DNA of 64,000 nt, taken from assembly GCF_009914755.1 (NCBI RefSeq), contig NC_060934.1. One strand, 5' to 3'. Made by a program: the position numbers and the translations under genes. Positions 44,261 through 60,079 of the stretch are shown here, piece after piece. This DNA is from the human T2T-CHM13v2.0 reference genome, Homo sapiens. The first letter of the stretch is position 1; each line of letters begins with the position of its first letter. Below the pieces are notes generated by a model. That model saw nothing but the letters and a program-made list of their open reading frames with translations, made no database searches and was not told the DNA's origin.

Positions 44261-45249
44261 AAGGCAAAATAGTATCTGAGATTTTCAGGGCTGGAAGGAA
44301 ACTCAGAAATTAGCTAGTCCAGCCTTCACCTGATGTTTGAGTCTTCTGTCAACATCTCTGCCATGCAGCCCTTTGCTTTCTACTTAAATACCTCCAATGA
44401 TAGGGAACCCATTATCTCTGTGGCCCATTCCATTCTTAGACACCTTTGATTATCATTACCTCTTGTTAACTTTCATGCACATTCTTAGCCCCGTGCATCT
44501 GGGTGGAATGAAAAATTCTTCACAAAAATGGGAAAGTTGTCCTGTAGGTATAATCACACTCTGGTCTTCCCTTAATTCTTTGGCCTCCAGCCTAAGCATT
44601 TCCAGGATATTTGAAACTTCCTCTAAGGAACTGAACTCCAGCCTCTTCTATTTCTTTCTCTTTTCTGCAGAGTAGGCCTTACCATGAAGTCCCTGCAAGA
44701 TCTGGTCTCGAACTTTATCTTCCCATCACCCACAGTTTCTCTCTGTGCTTTAATCAGGTAATCCTGAACCATGGCTGGTGACCTTACACAGACTGCTCAT
44801 TAACTTTTAGCCTTTACACAGGCTTTCCCCTCTGTCTGAAATGCTCTTTCCCCCTTTATCTACCTGGTGAACTCCTATTCATCCTGCAGAACCCCTGTTC
44901 AGTGGTCAACACCTCTGTGACACCATCCTTGATTGATTCCCAACCCCTCCCCATGACAGACTGATCACACCTCCTTCCTATACTACTTCTGTTCTTTGTA
45001 AATACTTAGTATTTTCCAAGGGAGTGGGAGAGAAGAAATGCTAGGTTCATGAAGGGTCTCTAGGTTAAACTTTCTTTCTTTTTTTTTTCTTAAAACAACA
45101 CACTTATTATCTTACAAATCTGTAGAACAGAAGTCCTTTCTTTGGCTCATGGCCACCTTCCTTCATCTTCAAAGCCAGCAACATCGGGCTGATTCCTCCC
45201 AGATTGGACTTTTGATGTTATTCTCTAAAGAGGAGAGTTAGACTTGTAG

Positions 45250-45580
45250 CCTCAGAGCAACAACATTCAAAGAGAGATGATTATCCACGCTTACATTTTT
45301 TGCCCCATCGCCAGCCCATGTTACTTGAGTGCACTCTGAAATCACATTATTTTTTAAAATAATGTAGCTATCTTGGAAAGAGCATAATTTTTATTGCGTT
45401 GTATTGATAAGGCTAAAAGCATTAATTTGTGAAATGTAAACATTTAAAATCATCCACGATGTAACTTTGTTTTGACCTTTTTTTAAATATAAAGGATTGA
45501 TTATGAGAAGTTGGCTCAGCGATTGTTGACATTTTAAAAAACCATTACTAATGAAAACAAAATATGATAGTGGGAGCCTC
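45250..45580. promoter_or_regulatory. Candidate conserved non-coding enhancer
   Basis: AT-rich, repeat-free; GTAAACA (FOX), CTTTGT, TGATTAT, ATTAAT, TGACCT. Confidence 0.5.
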
Positions 45581-45669
45581 TCTGGTCCCTAAGAAGTCGT
45601 GCTAAGTGCCCACACCACACGGAGTGAATTTCCCTGCTCGCTGTGTGTCCTGCTTTCTAGTCCACATAC

Positions 45670-45895
45670 ATCACACAGTAGTTAAGAGTGCACACTCTGG
45701 AATTAGACTGCCTGGGTTCATGTCTAGCTAGGGGACTGAGTGACTCTGGGCCAGTTCCTGACCTCTCTGTGCCTCCCCTTCCCCATCTGTAAAATGGGGG
45801 CTAATACTGACACCTGCCTCATCAGAGGCTGAGCTCACTAATGATACATCGTATGTCAAGTGCCTGGTGTGCAGCTGTGCTCTAAAAGCCTTCCC
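45670..45895 (+). mobile_element. MIR
   Basis: gtagttaagagtgcacactctggaattagactgcctgggttca ... catctgtaaaatgggg. Confidence 0.85.
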
Positions 45896-48800
45896 TAACA
45901 CAATTGGCCTCAGCACAGCCCCTGGTCCAGAGGGTGGAGTCTGCATACATCTGCTGCAACTCTGCAGATCCCATAGTCTAGGCCCTTCATCTAGAAAAGC
46001 TGCTCCTAGAGATGGTGCACACTGCCCCCCTCTCCTGCAGGCTCCACGCATGGCCTCTCCTGGACACTGGGAGCATCCGTGTGGATGTCTGGAAGAAAAT
46101 AGGGACCTATTACCAGCTGACATTTTCCTGCCTCCTTAGACAGGAACCATCAGATAAGGGTACTTCCATTTTCCTCTTGCCCTCAGAAAGGCACAGAATC
46201 GGCGGGGCGGGGGGGTCAAGTAAGATTTTCCCACCATCAGTGTGCTATCTATGGCTGCATTTAGTTTTATTTTTCATTAAGCAACAGCCTCTTAAGGAGA
46301 AGATCTCTTCCCTTCTTGTCTAGCAAGGAGCTGGAAGGACAGCCCTGCTCTTCTCCAGGTGAAATGGCTGGTCCCACCTCTGATCCCGAGCGACATTACT
46401 GCCCCAGTGCTGAGGCTCCTCTTGGGAGGAGGTGGGTGCTGTTGTGCTGGCAAACTCGGCGTTTTCCTCCTTTAACGGGAAGGCCTTCCCAATGGGTATC
46501 GAGTCCTCATTATCCTCTCCTGGAGGGGTCAGTTGAGAAGGCAGCATAATGCTGTATTGAGACCCTTTTTGGGGGAACAGGGGAAGGAGAGATTAAGGGA
46601 TGTGCCCAAGGTCACACAGCTGTGGGATGCAGAGGCAGCATTTGAGGGCTGCTTTCTGTGGAGCAGATGAGAACTTCAGCTGCTAGGGGTGGGAGGGGCG
46701 ACTTGTTCAGCAGAGTCAAGTGCTCCTCCTGGGCATGTTGTCTGCGCAAAGCTTAGGGAACCAGGTGTGTCTCTGTGTGTGCTGGTGGGAGCTGGTGGGT
46801 GGGATGGGAAGGTGGAGAGATGACTTTTGCAGTCTAATTGGCTCATTCCAAGGACAGCCTGTCACCAGAGGCAGGTGCCTTGAGACTCGGAGAGAGACGC
46901 CTCCTCACTCCCCCATGCCAGGTGGGGTACAGACAGAGACAGACTCAGCCACATGAAACTGCAGAGAGAGATAAACACAGAAACAACAAACAGAAAAAGG
47001 AACGTGAAGACTGGCCCAAGACATAGGGAGCCACAGGGGCAACTGAGAGAAGAGCTCACCAGCATCCAAAGAGATGCAAGTCAGAGAGAAATACCCAAGG
47101 CAAATGAGGCCTGAGAGAGTGGTCCAGACTTAGAGAGACAGGTGAGAAGCCAGAGAGATGCAACTAGAGACCTCGGAAGGCAGAGATGCAGGAGAGATCT
47201 TAACCCATGCACATGGAGGCGTGAAGATAGCAAGACAAGGAGAGAGACAGAGCCAGCCACACAAACCCTCTTATTCCCAGGAAGAGCAGCCAAGGAGATG
47301 AGAAAACAGTTTGCTGAATGAAGCCCGGCAGACCTCGAGAGAGTCAGTCCCCTAATGGTCAATCAGCGCATGACTCAGAAATTGGGGCTGGTGAGTCTGT
47401 GGCGGCAGAGAGGGTGCTGGGGTGAAGGCCAAGCCTTCCCTCTGCACCTGGACGAGGTGCCCAGAGCCCAACCCAAGGGTGGGTAGTACAGACCTTGCAC
47501 CCACCTGCTCCTGGCCATTTTACTGAGCCTCAGCAGTGGCGATGATCATTGTCAGGAAGGTCCCAGCCCTGATCCCCATCTGCCAGCTCCAGCTTGGCTT
47601 GCAGGGAGCAGACAGCCTGCTCTGTTGTGCCGGCTCCTGGCTGCACAGCCTGCTGTCGCTCTGGCCTCCCCACAACTCTGCCCCTCAGAAGCTTCTGAGG
47701 GGAAGGAGGAGAGGGAGCGCTGCATGTTTAGGAGATATGGCATAGACAAACCAGATACACCAGAATGGTCACGTTACTCTGCAAGCATAAATTGAGCTCA
47801 GGCAACAGGCACTAGGTAAGTGTTTGCATGAAGGTGCAACCTGTTTAAAAGGAACCTTAACTGGTCTGGGCCAGTTGTAATGAGAGAGCACCTTGTAAAT
47901 GGGAGAGCATAGCCAGGTGAGCTTGGCAGCTGTCAGATTAAAAATCAGTTTTGACCAAAATAAATCTATTATGGTTCTAGAAATGCCCCCTGGACCAGGA
48001 ATGCAGAACAGGGGCTGTGTGACTTTATTCCCCATCATCTCTTCCACACCTGGCACTGAATGGGCACTGAATCCGTTGAAGACTGAATGAGTTCTAACAT
48101 GTCCATCCATATTAATAACTAAGATTTATCTAGTGCTTGCTACAGGCCAGACATTTGGCCAAGCACGTTGCATTATATCTAATCCGGCAATGCCTCTAAG
48201 GGATAGGGACTCTTACATTACATTTTACAGTTAGGAAAGTGAGACCCACTGGGGCAAAGTGATTTTTCCAAGATTACAAGTGGGAAATGATGCGGCTGGT
48301 CTTGGTACCTGGGTTGCCTGAATCTAGATATGGCAATCTTGCAGTGCCATTGGGCAGCTTTTCATAAAACATTGTTCTAGTTGGCACAGTTTTTCATACC
48401 TGTTACCTGAATGGCTTTGCAAACCAGTTAGCTCTAAGCTGCCCCCATCTCTGGGTTGGCTACTGCAGCAGCCTCCTCCCTGGTCCCCTGACTCCCCTTC
48501 CGCCCCTCCAAATGACTCCCCCTGGCAGCAGCCAGGGTGACCTCAGCAGGCAAGTCTCATTAGAGTGTCTCAGAGAACCGGTGCTTCCCATTGCTTGTGG
48601 GGTAAGGACATAGTTCCTGAATGCAGCCCACCAGACCCTACCAAGCACACGGCCTCTTAACCAGCAGCCATGAGCTATCAGGGGGCTGAGAAATCAATGT
48701 CATGGCTTGTGACCTTAAAGCAAAGACATAGAATGAGCTAGAATAGAAATAGAATAGAAACTCTCAGAGAGGTCACATTTAATGTGGCAAGAATAACTGC

Positions 48801-48955
48801 TTCATCAGTCTTTTTGAAGTGGATGTATGCAGGTAATTACACATGTATGCACATGTGTGTGTTCTACGTTCCGGGTCAGCAAGCAAAATGTGTTTCTTAC
48901 CATAGGGCATCATAAAAAATGTGGGAATTCAGTCATATAGGAGCTCCTGATCTAA

Positions 48956-49424
<469 letters not shown>

Positions 49425-51250
49425 TGACCTCATTCTTTCAATCTCAACTCAGGCACCGCTTCCTCCATGAGCCCTCCCTGGCCCTCCCCACCCCGACCCT
49501 CACCCAGTATCCACCCACACAGCACCAGGGACTTCCCCTTTATAGCGTTTCTCACTGCTGCACTTTGACATGTGCTCAAGTACTTATTCCACTGATGGCA
49601 GACCCCCCACTAGTCTGTGCTCCATGGGGATGTCACCTAGGGGAGGACAGCCTGTCTTAGAGTGCCCGATGGGGTCTGGGACAGGTTTATTTTTGCTAAC
49701 CATCGTTCCCTGTGTCTAGCTAGCACCATGTCTGGAATATAGTAGGTGTTCAACAAATGCATGGAGATTGAATGGATCTGGAGAGGCAGAGTACTGCTGT
49801 GATCTTTATAGATGAGGAAGTGGAGCCCCGGAGAGCCCTAGAATGATGCGCTTAATGCCCCAGCCAGGTTAATCTCTAGAAGCCCTTCTGCTCTTCACTC
49901 CCACCATGGCATTTCGCAGTCCCCAAAGTCTGGCTTGAGGTGTCAGTCTGAGTCCTCCCTCACTCTCCCTGCCCTCCTCACCCTCTTGTCCACAGCTCCC
50001 TCCCACTGTGGCCTCTGGGCTCCTTTTCCCTCTCCAGCTGGCTGACATAGGGGGTGGCTGGGGGAGGCACAACTCAGAAAGTGACAGCGACAATATTAGG
50101 AGTGAAAAAGATCAATTAAGCCCATCGAGCTGATTTGTGAAGCTGATTAAATTAGGAGCCTCCCTGGGGGCAGAGGCTCTCTCAGGTTGATAGACCCAGC
50201 TGCTGGCTGCTGTAGGGTCCTTGCCAGCCCCCAGGGTGCAATGGGGGCCACTTTGTCCTGCTCTGTCCACGGAGAGGGGATGAGGGGAAGCTCCCTTTAG
50301 AAAGCCCTGGCAGGGCCAAGCTCAGCACCCAGCCCATGGTCCCCTGTGCTTTCTTATAGAATCCCCTGCAATCCTGGGGCACTGAGTAGATTGGCCTGAC
50401 TTTAAAATAAGATCCTGGGCCTCAGAGAGCTTAGGTGGCCTATGCGGGGCAACCCAGCTGGTAGGCACAGGTAAGTGCTGGACCTGGGACTGGAAACCAG
50501 GTCCTTCTGTTCCCTATGTGTTCTGTCCTCTCCTTGCCCTGTCCCCATATCCGGCTTCAACATCTCGGTCTATTACTCTATTTTTCCAGTCTCAAGGCTC
50601 CTGTCCCCACTGCCCACCCCCTCCCCCTTTGACTGGCTCTAATCAGATTAGCTCTCCAGTAACCCGATCCCTCTGCCCTGGTCTCAGGATTCCCTTTCAT
50701 GGACTGTCTCCAGGGCAGCTGTGGCCAGAATATTCTTCCAGTACTTCAGAATCCATCCGCTTCTCCTGGCTTCTGGGTGGGGGCTGGGGAGAGGGATTTG
50801 GACAAAGACTCTAGTGTGTGTAGGGGCAATGAACCCTGGGGAGGTTACAGAAATGAGGTCGGCTTCTCCAGAGTGCACGAGCTAGGGAAGGGAGCGCCTT
50901 GAAAGCCAGGCTGCAGAATTTGGCCATCCTCAAACACCACCTTTAATGGCAAAGGAGGGATGGGAAAACTCCTGAAGACCAGGTAGCCATGGAGTGCTAC
51001 ATTTCTGGATGGAAAGGGGACCACACAGGTGACACTTGGAGTGGCAGGTGCCCGGGAAGGAGTGCTGCGTGTGGGTTGGGGTGGGGTTTGAGGTGGGAGA
51101 ACAGAGGAGGGCTTCACTCAGGGGTGGGCTTGGGGCTGGGTCAGGAAGAGGACTGACAAGCCTGGAGGGGTGAGAGTATTTCAAAGATCCCTGAGGGTCC
51201 TTTAGCTCTTGGCCAGAGATGGGGCTGCAGGGGGAGAAACTGACCCTTAG

Positions 51251-51709
<459 letters not shown>

Positions 51710-51839
51710 TAGAATCAGAACTCACACCTAAGTCTACGGGGCCTTCGGAGCCTGGGACCTTCCGTGGACTAACTGCTAAAACTTCTGCAGTCTCGAAGTC
51801 AGGGGGCAGAGCTAGGGAGCCCCACAAGCCTCAGAGGGC

Positions 51840-52080
51840 CAGATAGGCTGGTGGTTAGGAGCACAGGTTTTAAAATTAGACTGAGTTCACTCTCCTGGCT
51901 CTGCAGCTTGCTTGCTGTCTGGCCTTGGCCAAGTTAATTTGCCTTTGTGTAGTTTACTTTCTTTCTCTATAAAGTGGGGATATTAATAGTACCTACCTCA
52001 TGGGGTTGTTGTGAGGGTTAAATAAATGTACTCCCATGAAGAATTCCGAACAGTGTTGTCATTTGATAAATGTCAGCCAT
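51840..52080 (+). mobile_element. MIR
   Basis: ggtggttaggagcacagg ... taatagtacctacctcatggggttgttgtgagggttaaataa. Confidence 0.85.
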
Positions 52081-53744
52081 TCTTACTCAGGATGGAGCCA
52101 GGATATAGGGGCATTAGGCCAGGCCAGGGAAGGCAAAGACCTCTAAGCCAGTGCTCCCTGCTGTCTTCACATGTCTGTGAGTCTGAGCTACCTGTGCTGG
52201 TGGGGCCTGGGCTGTCTGGCTGCCCAAAGTGGCTGACACCCATAAGTCATTGTCCATCTCCAGATTTGAGTCCTACAGCCTCTTCCCATCTAACTGGCAT
52301 GGAAACTGAGGCTCAGACAGGTTGCCGCAGATCTGCTCTTTGATTTGGGGCAAGTTAGTCCTAGAGCCCTACCCCCAACCCAGAATCTGAATCCTGGTCC
52401 GGGGTCTCTAAATTACCCTGCAACTGGTTTAATTTTTTCCAGGCGGACGCCATCCTCATGGCAGAAACATTTTTTCTGTAATCTTATTTGCAACTGCTAA
52501 TGAGAAGCAGGGCCGCTTTCTGTTTCTAAACCTCATCCACATCTCTAATTTGTTTCCAGAGGCTGGGGCTGAGGCTTCTTCCATCTCTGTGAAATATTAG
52601 CAATTATTTCTCAATTACTTCTCATGGGGAAGGGATTCTTGGAGACGGAAATCTGGAAGCTGGGAGAAGCCATAAGGATGATGTTTTGATCTGACGTGAA
52701 CCTTGCCGAGAGGCACACATGCTCTGTCATCCCTGCTCCAACTTGAAGGCTAGGCTGGGTGGCATATGACTCTGTCCCCGTCTCTTTCCTCACTGAGCCT
52801 CCGGCCCAGCTTGGTTCCCAAACATGGAGCTGCTGCAGGTCTCAGAAGCCACAGAGAACTGGGGAGGGAAAGGGAGGAGAAAAGTCTTCTTTGTAGTCTC
52901 ACTAAACGCAGCTCTGTCACTACAGCTTATAGGATCACAGGCCTTAGGGTCATCCTTGGCTCTTTCTCTCACACCACAAACCCAATCTATGAGTGAATCC
53001 TCTGGGTTCTACCTTCAGAATCCATCCAGAATCTGACTGCCTCTCACCATCTCCACGGCTCCCTTCTAGTCCAAGCCAGCAACATCATCCACCTGGATTA
53101 TTCAGTAACACCCTGACTAGTCTGCCTGCTATCACCCTTTGCACAGAAGCCAGGGGGATTGTTTTGGAATTCCACTTTTCACGCAACTATTTGTCCTTTT
53201 AGCTATAGTACTTTGCATTTTTTAAAGTGGTTTTTTTTTCAGTTCTAGAGATTACACATATGTCCTTAACTTTTCACAGTCAGTTTAGAGTTAATACTTT
53301 ATCACTTTATGTAAAATATAAACCTCTTACAAATATTTGCCATCCCCATTGTATGCTATAGTTTTCATATGCATTACATCTATATACATTATAAACCCTA
53401 TAAGACAATGTTATCATTTTTGCTTTAGTTATCTGCATATTAAGGAAATTAAGAGGAAAATTAACTTATAATTTTATATATTTAGCAATATTTTACCATT
53501 TCTGATGTTTTTTATTTTTTATTTTTCTTGAGGATCCAGTGCCTCTTTGATTTTATTTTGCTTCATTCTGAAGAACTTCTTTTAGTATTCTTATAGTCCA
53601 TGTCTTCTGGTGACACAATCCATACATTTTCTTTTAAATGAAAATGTATTTTGCCTTCCTTATTAACTAATATTTTCACTAGATTTAGAAATCTGGGTTA
53701 CAGCTTTTTTTTTTCTTTGCCCTTTAAATGATGTTACAATGCTC

Positions 53745-54012
53745 CTTCTGTACTCGTGGGGAATTGGGTTCAGGACCTCCCCATGGATGCCAAAATCCGT
53801 GGATGCTCAAGTCTTTTATGTAAAATGGCATAGTATTTGCATATAACTTCTGCACATTCTCTCATACACTTTAAAACATCTCTAGATTACTTATAATACC
53901 TAATACAATGTAAATGCTATGTAAATAGTTGTTGTATCATTTAAAAATTTTTACTCTTTTTTATCGTTGTATTGTTATATTTTATCTTTGAAAAATATTT
54001 TCCATCTGAGGT
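53745..54012. mobile_element. MER2 (Tigger-type) nested in L1
   Basis: ccaaaatccgtggatgctcaagtc ... tctctagattacttataatacctaatacaatgtaaatgctatgtaaatagttgtt. Confidence 0.9.
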
Positions 54013-54535
54013 CCCATGACTGTGTTCTGCTTCAGGCCTCCATAGTTTCTGGTAAGAAGTCTGTGGTTATTTGAATCTTTGTTCCTCTTTGTAATGTGTC
54101 TTTTTTTCTCTGGCTGCTTTCAAGGTTTTCTTTTTATCTTTTATTTTAGCAGTTTGAATGAGTGTATGTAAATTTGTTTTGCACCAATTTGCAAAGTGGG
54201 TGTTGTTGTTTTTTGCCACTATTTATTTCTTTTTTTCTCTTTCTCTCTCTTTTTTTTTTTTTTTTTTTTTTTTCTGAGAAGGCTGCTGGTCTTGAACTCC
54301 CATGCTGAAGCGTCCTCTAGCCTCAGCCTCTTGAGCAGGTGGGTTTGTGCCACCATGCCGTTTTGCCATTATTTCTTAAGAAAAAAAATTATGCTCTCTT
54401 ATTCCTCTCCTTCCTTCTGGCACTCCAATTATGCATATATTAGATCTCTGACGTTATCCCACAGGCCTCTTAGACACTGTTCACTCTTTTATACCCCCCC
54501 TTCCCCTGCCCTCTTTTTTTTTTTTTTTAGGCTAA

Positions 54536-54868
<333 letters not shown>

Positions 54869-56266
54869 ATCTTCATTCTGTTTTAGGCCTATACAGTAAT
54901 TGTTTAAAATATTCCAGGTATTGTATTTTTTAGTACTGGAATTTCCACTTGGTTCTTTCTATATTTTTATTTCTCTTTAGAGGTTTCCTATCTCTTCATT
55001 TATTATGAATGTATTTTCTTTTGCCTTGTTTAGCACAGTTATAATAACTGTGGTACTTGTCTGATAGCTTCAAATTCTGGGTCATCTGAGAGTTGATCTC
55101 CATTGACTATCTTTACCCTTGAGGATGGATTATATTTTCCTAATTTCTTGTGTGTTGATTTTGGGTTTTATCCTGGACACTGGAAATGCTATGTTGTAGA
55201 GATTCTGGAGTTTGTCATAGTCCTCCAAAGAGTGCTGACGTCTTTGTATTAGCAGGCATTTCACCTGGTTAGACTCAAACTACTAACTGTTTTGCCTTTA
55301 GTGGGCTGCACCTCAAATCACAGCTCAGTTCTTTAAGCCTTAGTTGCAAGTTGTCTTGAATCTTCTCTATGCATGTGTGATTCAGAAGTGAGCCAGATAC
55401 TTGATCAGAGTTTACTAACAGAATTTGGGCCTTTTCTGGCACTTTCCTTTCCAGAAAATCCCCCTTCCTTTCCAGGGGCTCTGGTTGCTCTAGGTTCTGT
55501 CCTCTGGTTCTTCAGGCCATATAAACAGCATTTTCTACTGGACTTTTAGCAGCCCTGAACAAGGCCACAGCTGCAGCCTGCCCTCTGGGTAAAGTCATCA
55601 AAGTGGAAAACTTACCACATACTGGTCCCTTCTTACAAGTTTCAACATCCTTCCAAAATCTGCCTGCTTTTGGTCATTCTGGTCTTTTGATCATTTTGAT
55701 TATTTCAGAGCCCTCCAGCAATTGTTTTCTGTATTATATCCAGAATTTATAGATATTATTTGTGGAAGGGTATACCTGTTAGGAGATCACTCCACTCCAC
55801 TGGAAGAGGAACTTCCAGAGTGTCCTTTTTAAAACTTCTCAGACTGTGCCATTCCTCCCCTCAACTCTCCCCACTCTCGATGGCTCCCATTTTACTCAAA
55901 AGCCCAAATGCTCACAATGGCCTATGAAGCTGAGAATAATCTAGCTTCAGACTGTGTCTGACCTGTGCCCTTTTACCTCACCTTTGCTCATTGGTGGCCT
56001 CTTTGTTGTTCCTCAAACATACCTGCCTGATACACTCTTACAAGACAGCTCCATGGCCGGCAAGGCCCTGCCCCCTCCAGCCCCATCTTTAGCCATTTGC
56101 CCCGACTCTTGACACTCCATCCCCACTGGTCTGTGGTCAGCCTCGGCTCAGGCCATGTCCTTTTCCACCGTAGGGCCACTTCTTCTGCCTGCAGCAACCT
56201 TTCCTAGACTTTTCTTCTGTATATTATTCCTACTAATCCTTCCCTCTCGTAGAAATGACTGCTTCT

Positions 56267-56546
<280 letters not shown>

Positions 56547-57127
56547 CTACAAGAGGTGATTGGTACTCTCAGGGTATGTAACACTTCTTCATACCATATC
56601 ACACACTTAACAATCATTTATTTACTGGAAATGCTTTGTTTGCTCATTAATTTTGAGTGCTGTGAGGGCAGGCATTCCATTTGTTTTCCTCCTTTCTGCA
56701 CCCCAGGCACCCAGCACATACTAGGCACCCAGTAGATACCTGGCATCTGACTGTCAGGGCCCAGCATGGAAGCCGAGGCAGGTCAGTGAGGAACCTTTAA
56801 GAAGTCCTTGCTGTGTACACAGCCTTACAATGTATGTGGGTAGCTATTTCACCTCCTTGTTACTTTTAGAGAAATGGAGGCTCTGAGAGGAGAAATGGCT
56901 TACCCAACGTCATGCGACTAGAAATTCCAGCTTGAAGCCTCATGGCAGGAGAGCTCAGACCAGCAGAGAGACCTCAGATTGCTCCCAGCCTTGGCCTGCC
57001 TGTCACACTTCCTCTTTGCCCTGGCAGCTGCAGGGTTGTTGACTGCACAGAGTTTTTCTTCCCTTTTCCTTTCTTTCTCTCTCTCTCTTTCCCTCCCTCC
57101 CTCCTTCCTCTCTGTGTCTGTCTCTGG

Positions 57128-57653
57128 TGTCTGAGTTAGTTCCTTATGGTGAGTTCTTGGTCTCCCTGACTTCGAGAATGAAGCCGTGGACCTTCGCGGT
57201 GAGTATTACAGCTCTTAGAGGTGGCACAGACCCAAAGAGTGAGCAGCAACAAGATTTATTGTTAAGAGTGAAACAACAGAGTTTCCACAGCCTGGAAGGG
57301 GACCCAAGGAACTTGCCACTGCTGGCTGGGGTGGTCAGTTTTTATTTCCTTATTTGTCCCCGCCCACATCCTGCTGATTGGTCCATTTTCCAGAGTGCTG
57401 ATTGGTCCATTTTACGGAGTGCTGATTGGTCCATTTTACGGAGTGCTGATTGGTCCATTTACAATCCTCTAGCTAGACACAGAGGGCTGATTGGTACGTT
57501 TTACAATCCTAGCTACAGAGTGCTGATTGGTGCATTTATAATCCTTTAGCTAGACACAGAGCACTGATTGGTGCATTTACAATCCTCTAGCTACCCAGAA
57601 AATTTTGCCAAGTCCCCACTTGACCCAGGAAGTCCAGCTGGCCTCACCCTTCA
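57128..57653 (-). mobile_element. LTR12-family (HERV9) solo LTR, short variant
   Basis: Minus strand begins tgaagggtgaggccagctggacttcctgggtcaagtggggacttgg; seven ctgattgg (CCAAT) units; gacccaaagagtgagcagcaacaagatttatt. Confidence 0.92.
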
Positions 57654-59369
57654 CTTTCTGTTTCCCCAGGATTCACAACTGGGCTCCTCTTGCTGTGTTG
57701 GAGGGAGATGTTTCACCTGAGCACCATGTTTCACATGGCAGTGGGGCAAGGCACTGAGGCTGTGTGGCATGGCACCACAGGGTGGCCACTGGTCCCTGAG
57801 TCGGCAGACCTGGCTCTCTTTTCCCTGCCATGCTGACTTCATGTTTATGGCTAAGAAGCCTCTCCCAGGGAGCAGCTGAGCTTCAGGGGCATTCCTGGAG
57901 CGTCCAGGAGAGCAATATGGCCCTTTGCTGGTGGAGAACCTGAGACCCTCAAGGAGAAAGTGAAGAAAATTCTCTCTGCATACAGACCCCTTCCCATTTT
58001 CCCATTCTGGGTTGACTATCCTCCCTCATAGATGTGCTCATGAGTCTTGGAAATTCTCTTGACTCATTGCCATTTAAAATATCTGTGTTGCTTCTGATGA
58101 TAGATGGTTGATTTATAAAATGGTTTGGCTCTCTTTATGATAGAATATTATACAGGCATCAAAAACAATAATGTAGGAGACAAGGATATGAGGAGATGTT
58201 CAAGCTGTATTCTGTGAAAAGAAAAAAAGATTGCAGAATACAGCATATGTTCCCATTTTTTTTTTTTTTTTTTTTTTACAAAAATGTGGACCTAGGTACA
58301 TAATGTGTGCTATGCATAGGAAAAAGCCTGGAGAACTTGCACGAAATGGTCACACTGTTTTTCAGTGATGGTAAGATAAAGGGTAATTTTAAAAATTCCT
58401 ATTCTTTTCCAGATTGTTTCTAACACTGCGCATGCCTTTCGGAGACAAATTTTAAAAATAAACATTATTTTTAAAAGGAAACAAACAAACAAAACCAAAC
58501 AGAAGGGAGGCTGGGTTTCTTGGGGATTTCAGGAGTGCCTGTGTCTCCACGACCTGGGCAGTGCTCTTCTGAGAGGACTGAGGGCTGGGGAGGCAGAGAG
58601 AGCAACGACAGGCTACCAGCATTGAGAAAGAAGGCCTCAAGGCCACATTGAGAAGGACACTACGCTCTGGATCACAGGCTGAGCCCTGCATTCTTGACAT
58701 TGGAGCCCTTCGGGAGTGCCAGAACGAGCAGTCCCTCTCCTGGAGGAGCCTGCCTTCCCACCACGGAGGCTAACACCACAACAGCCACAGTGAGCCACCC
58801 CTTCTGCCCATCTTCTTACGTGTCAAGCACTGTGTTCAGTGCCTTCACAGGTAACTTCGATAAGTCACGATGGGCATGCTGCGACTAAGTTGGTACTGAT
58901 ATTCTATTGGTTTTAAATGGGGAAACTGAGGCTCAGGAAGGTTCAGTATTTTGCTGGAGGTCACACAGCCAGGCAAGGGCAGAGCCAAGATTTCAGTTTC
59001 AATCTGTCTGGCTTGGAAGACTTCCTTATCTTGTGGCAGCATCTCCAGAGATCATGGGTCAGCCTCTTCTTGCCAGAGGCGTGTGTGTGTGCACAGACAC
59101 ATACACGCTGAGTGACAGAGGGACAAAAACAGTGAGCACCCACCCAGGCACTGTGCTCGAAATTCTTCCTGCAAACCTGCAAGGTAGGTTCTAATGATGT
59201 TCCCATTTACCCCTAAGCTTGCGCGGTGGCACGATTTACCAAGCATCACCGGCTGCCCAGGGTGACCTAGGATTCCAGCTCAGGTTTCTCTGACACTGAT
59301 GTTGACCCTAGTGTGCTTCCGTGTGATCTTGCTTCTCTGGCTACTGGTGTTCTGCGGGTCTTGGACAGG

Positions 59370-59560
59370 TGAGGCAAACTAGGGCCAAATACTGCCCTCT
59401 GCCTGCCTTTGCATGGTCCCTGAGCTGAGAATGATTTCTACATTTTTAAAGGGTTGTAAAAACAAAACTCAAAGATTATGTGGCAGAAATATACATGGCT
59501 GGGCAAAGCCTAACATATTTACTTCCTGGCCTTTTAGAGAAAAAGTTGACGACTCCTAGC
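59370..59560. mobile_element. MER58/MER30-like hAT fragment
   Basis: ggcaaactagggccaaat ... gagctgagaatgatttctacatttttaaaggg ... aaagcctaacatatttacttcctggccttttagagaaaaagttg. Confidence 0.65.
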
Positions 59561-60079
59561 TTAGGGTCCTGAGGTCCAAGGAGGAACTCCTGGTCCTGCA
59601 CATCTTCATCCTCCACATTTGGTGGTCCCAATGCTGCATGCGAGCTGTGGCTGTGGACTCAAAGCACTGTGGTGGGGGACATTTTAAAAATGAGCTGTAA
59701 AAATCTGCCACACTTAGGGCACTCATTTTCCCACTTATATTTTGGGGGGATATCTGTACCCAGGGAAAAGCTCAGTGATCCTTGTTGGATTTCTAGGGTG
59801 AAGGGCTTTTATCTCAGCATGGGGTCAAGTGCAGCTATGTGTGGGTGGCAATGAACTTCAACATCTAGCGTGATTCCCCTGCAAATTGGAAGGCACCAGT
59901 GCCACCCCAGGCACCAGCCTTGAGTGTCAGGCATAGTGCCAGGTGCACAAGAAGAAAGCAAGGTCCCTGCGGATCTCATACAGCCCAGTCTGGGGAAGCA
60001 GGGGAGCCCCTCTTGGGTATCCGAGTTGGAAGAAGAGGCTATGAGAATGGGAGGAGGGGCAGGGAGGACAGCCAGGAAA

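Noticed and set aside
57370-57590. Repeat array resembling CRISPR
   Set aside because: Standard LTR12 U3 tandem CCAAT repeats; no unique spacers; eukaryotic context.
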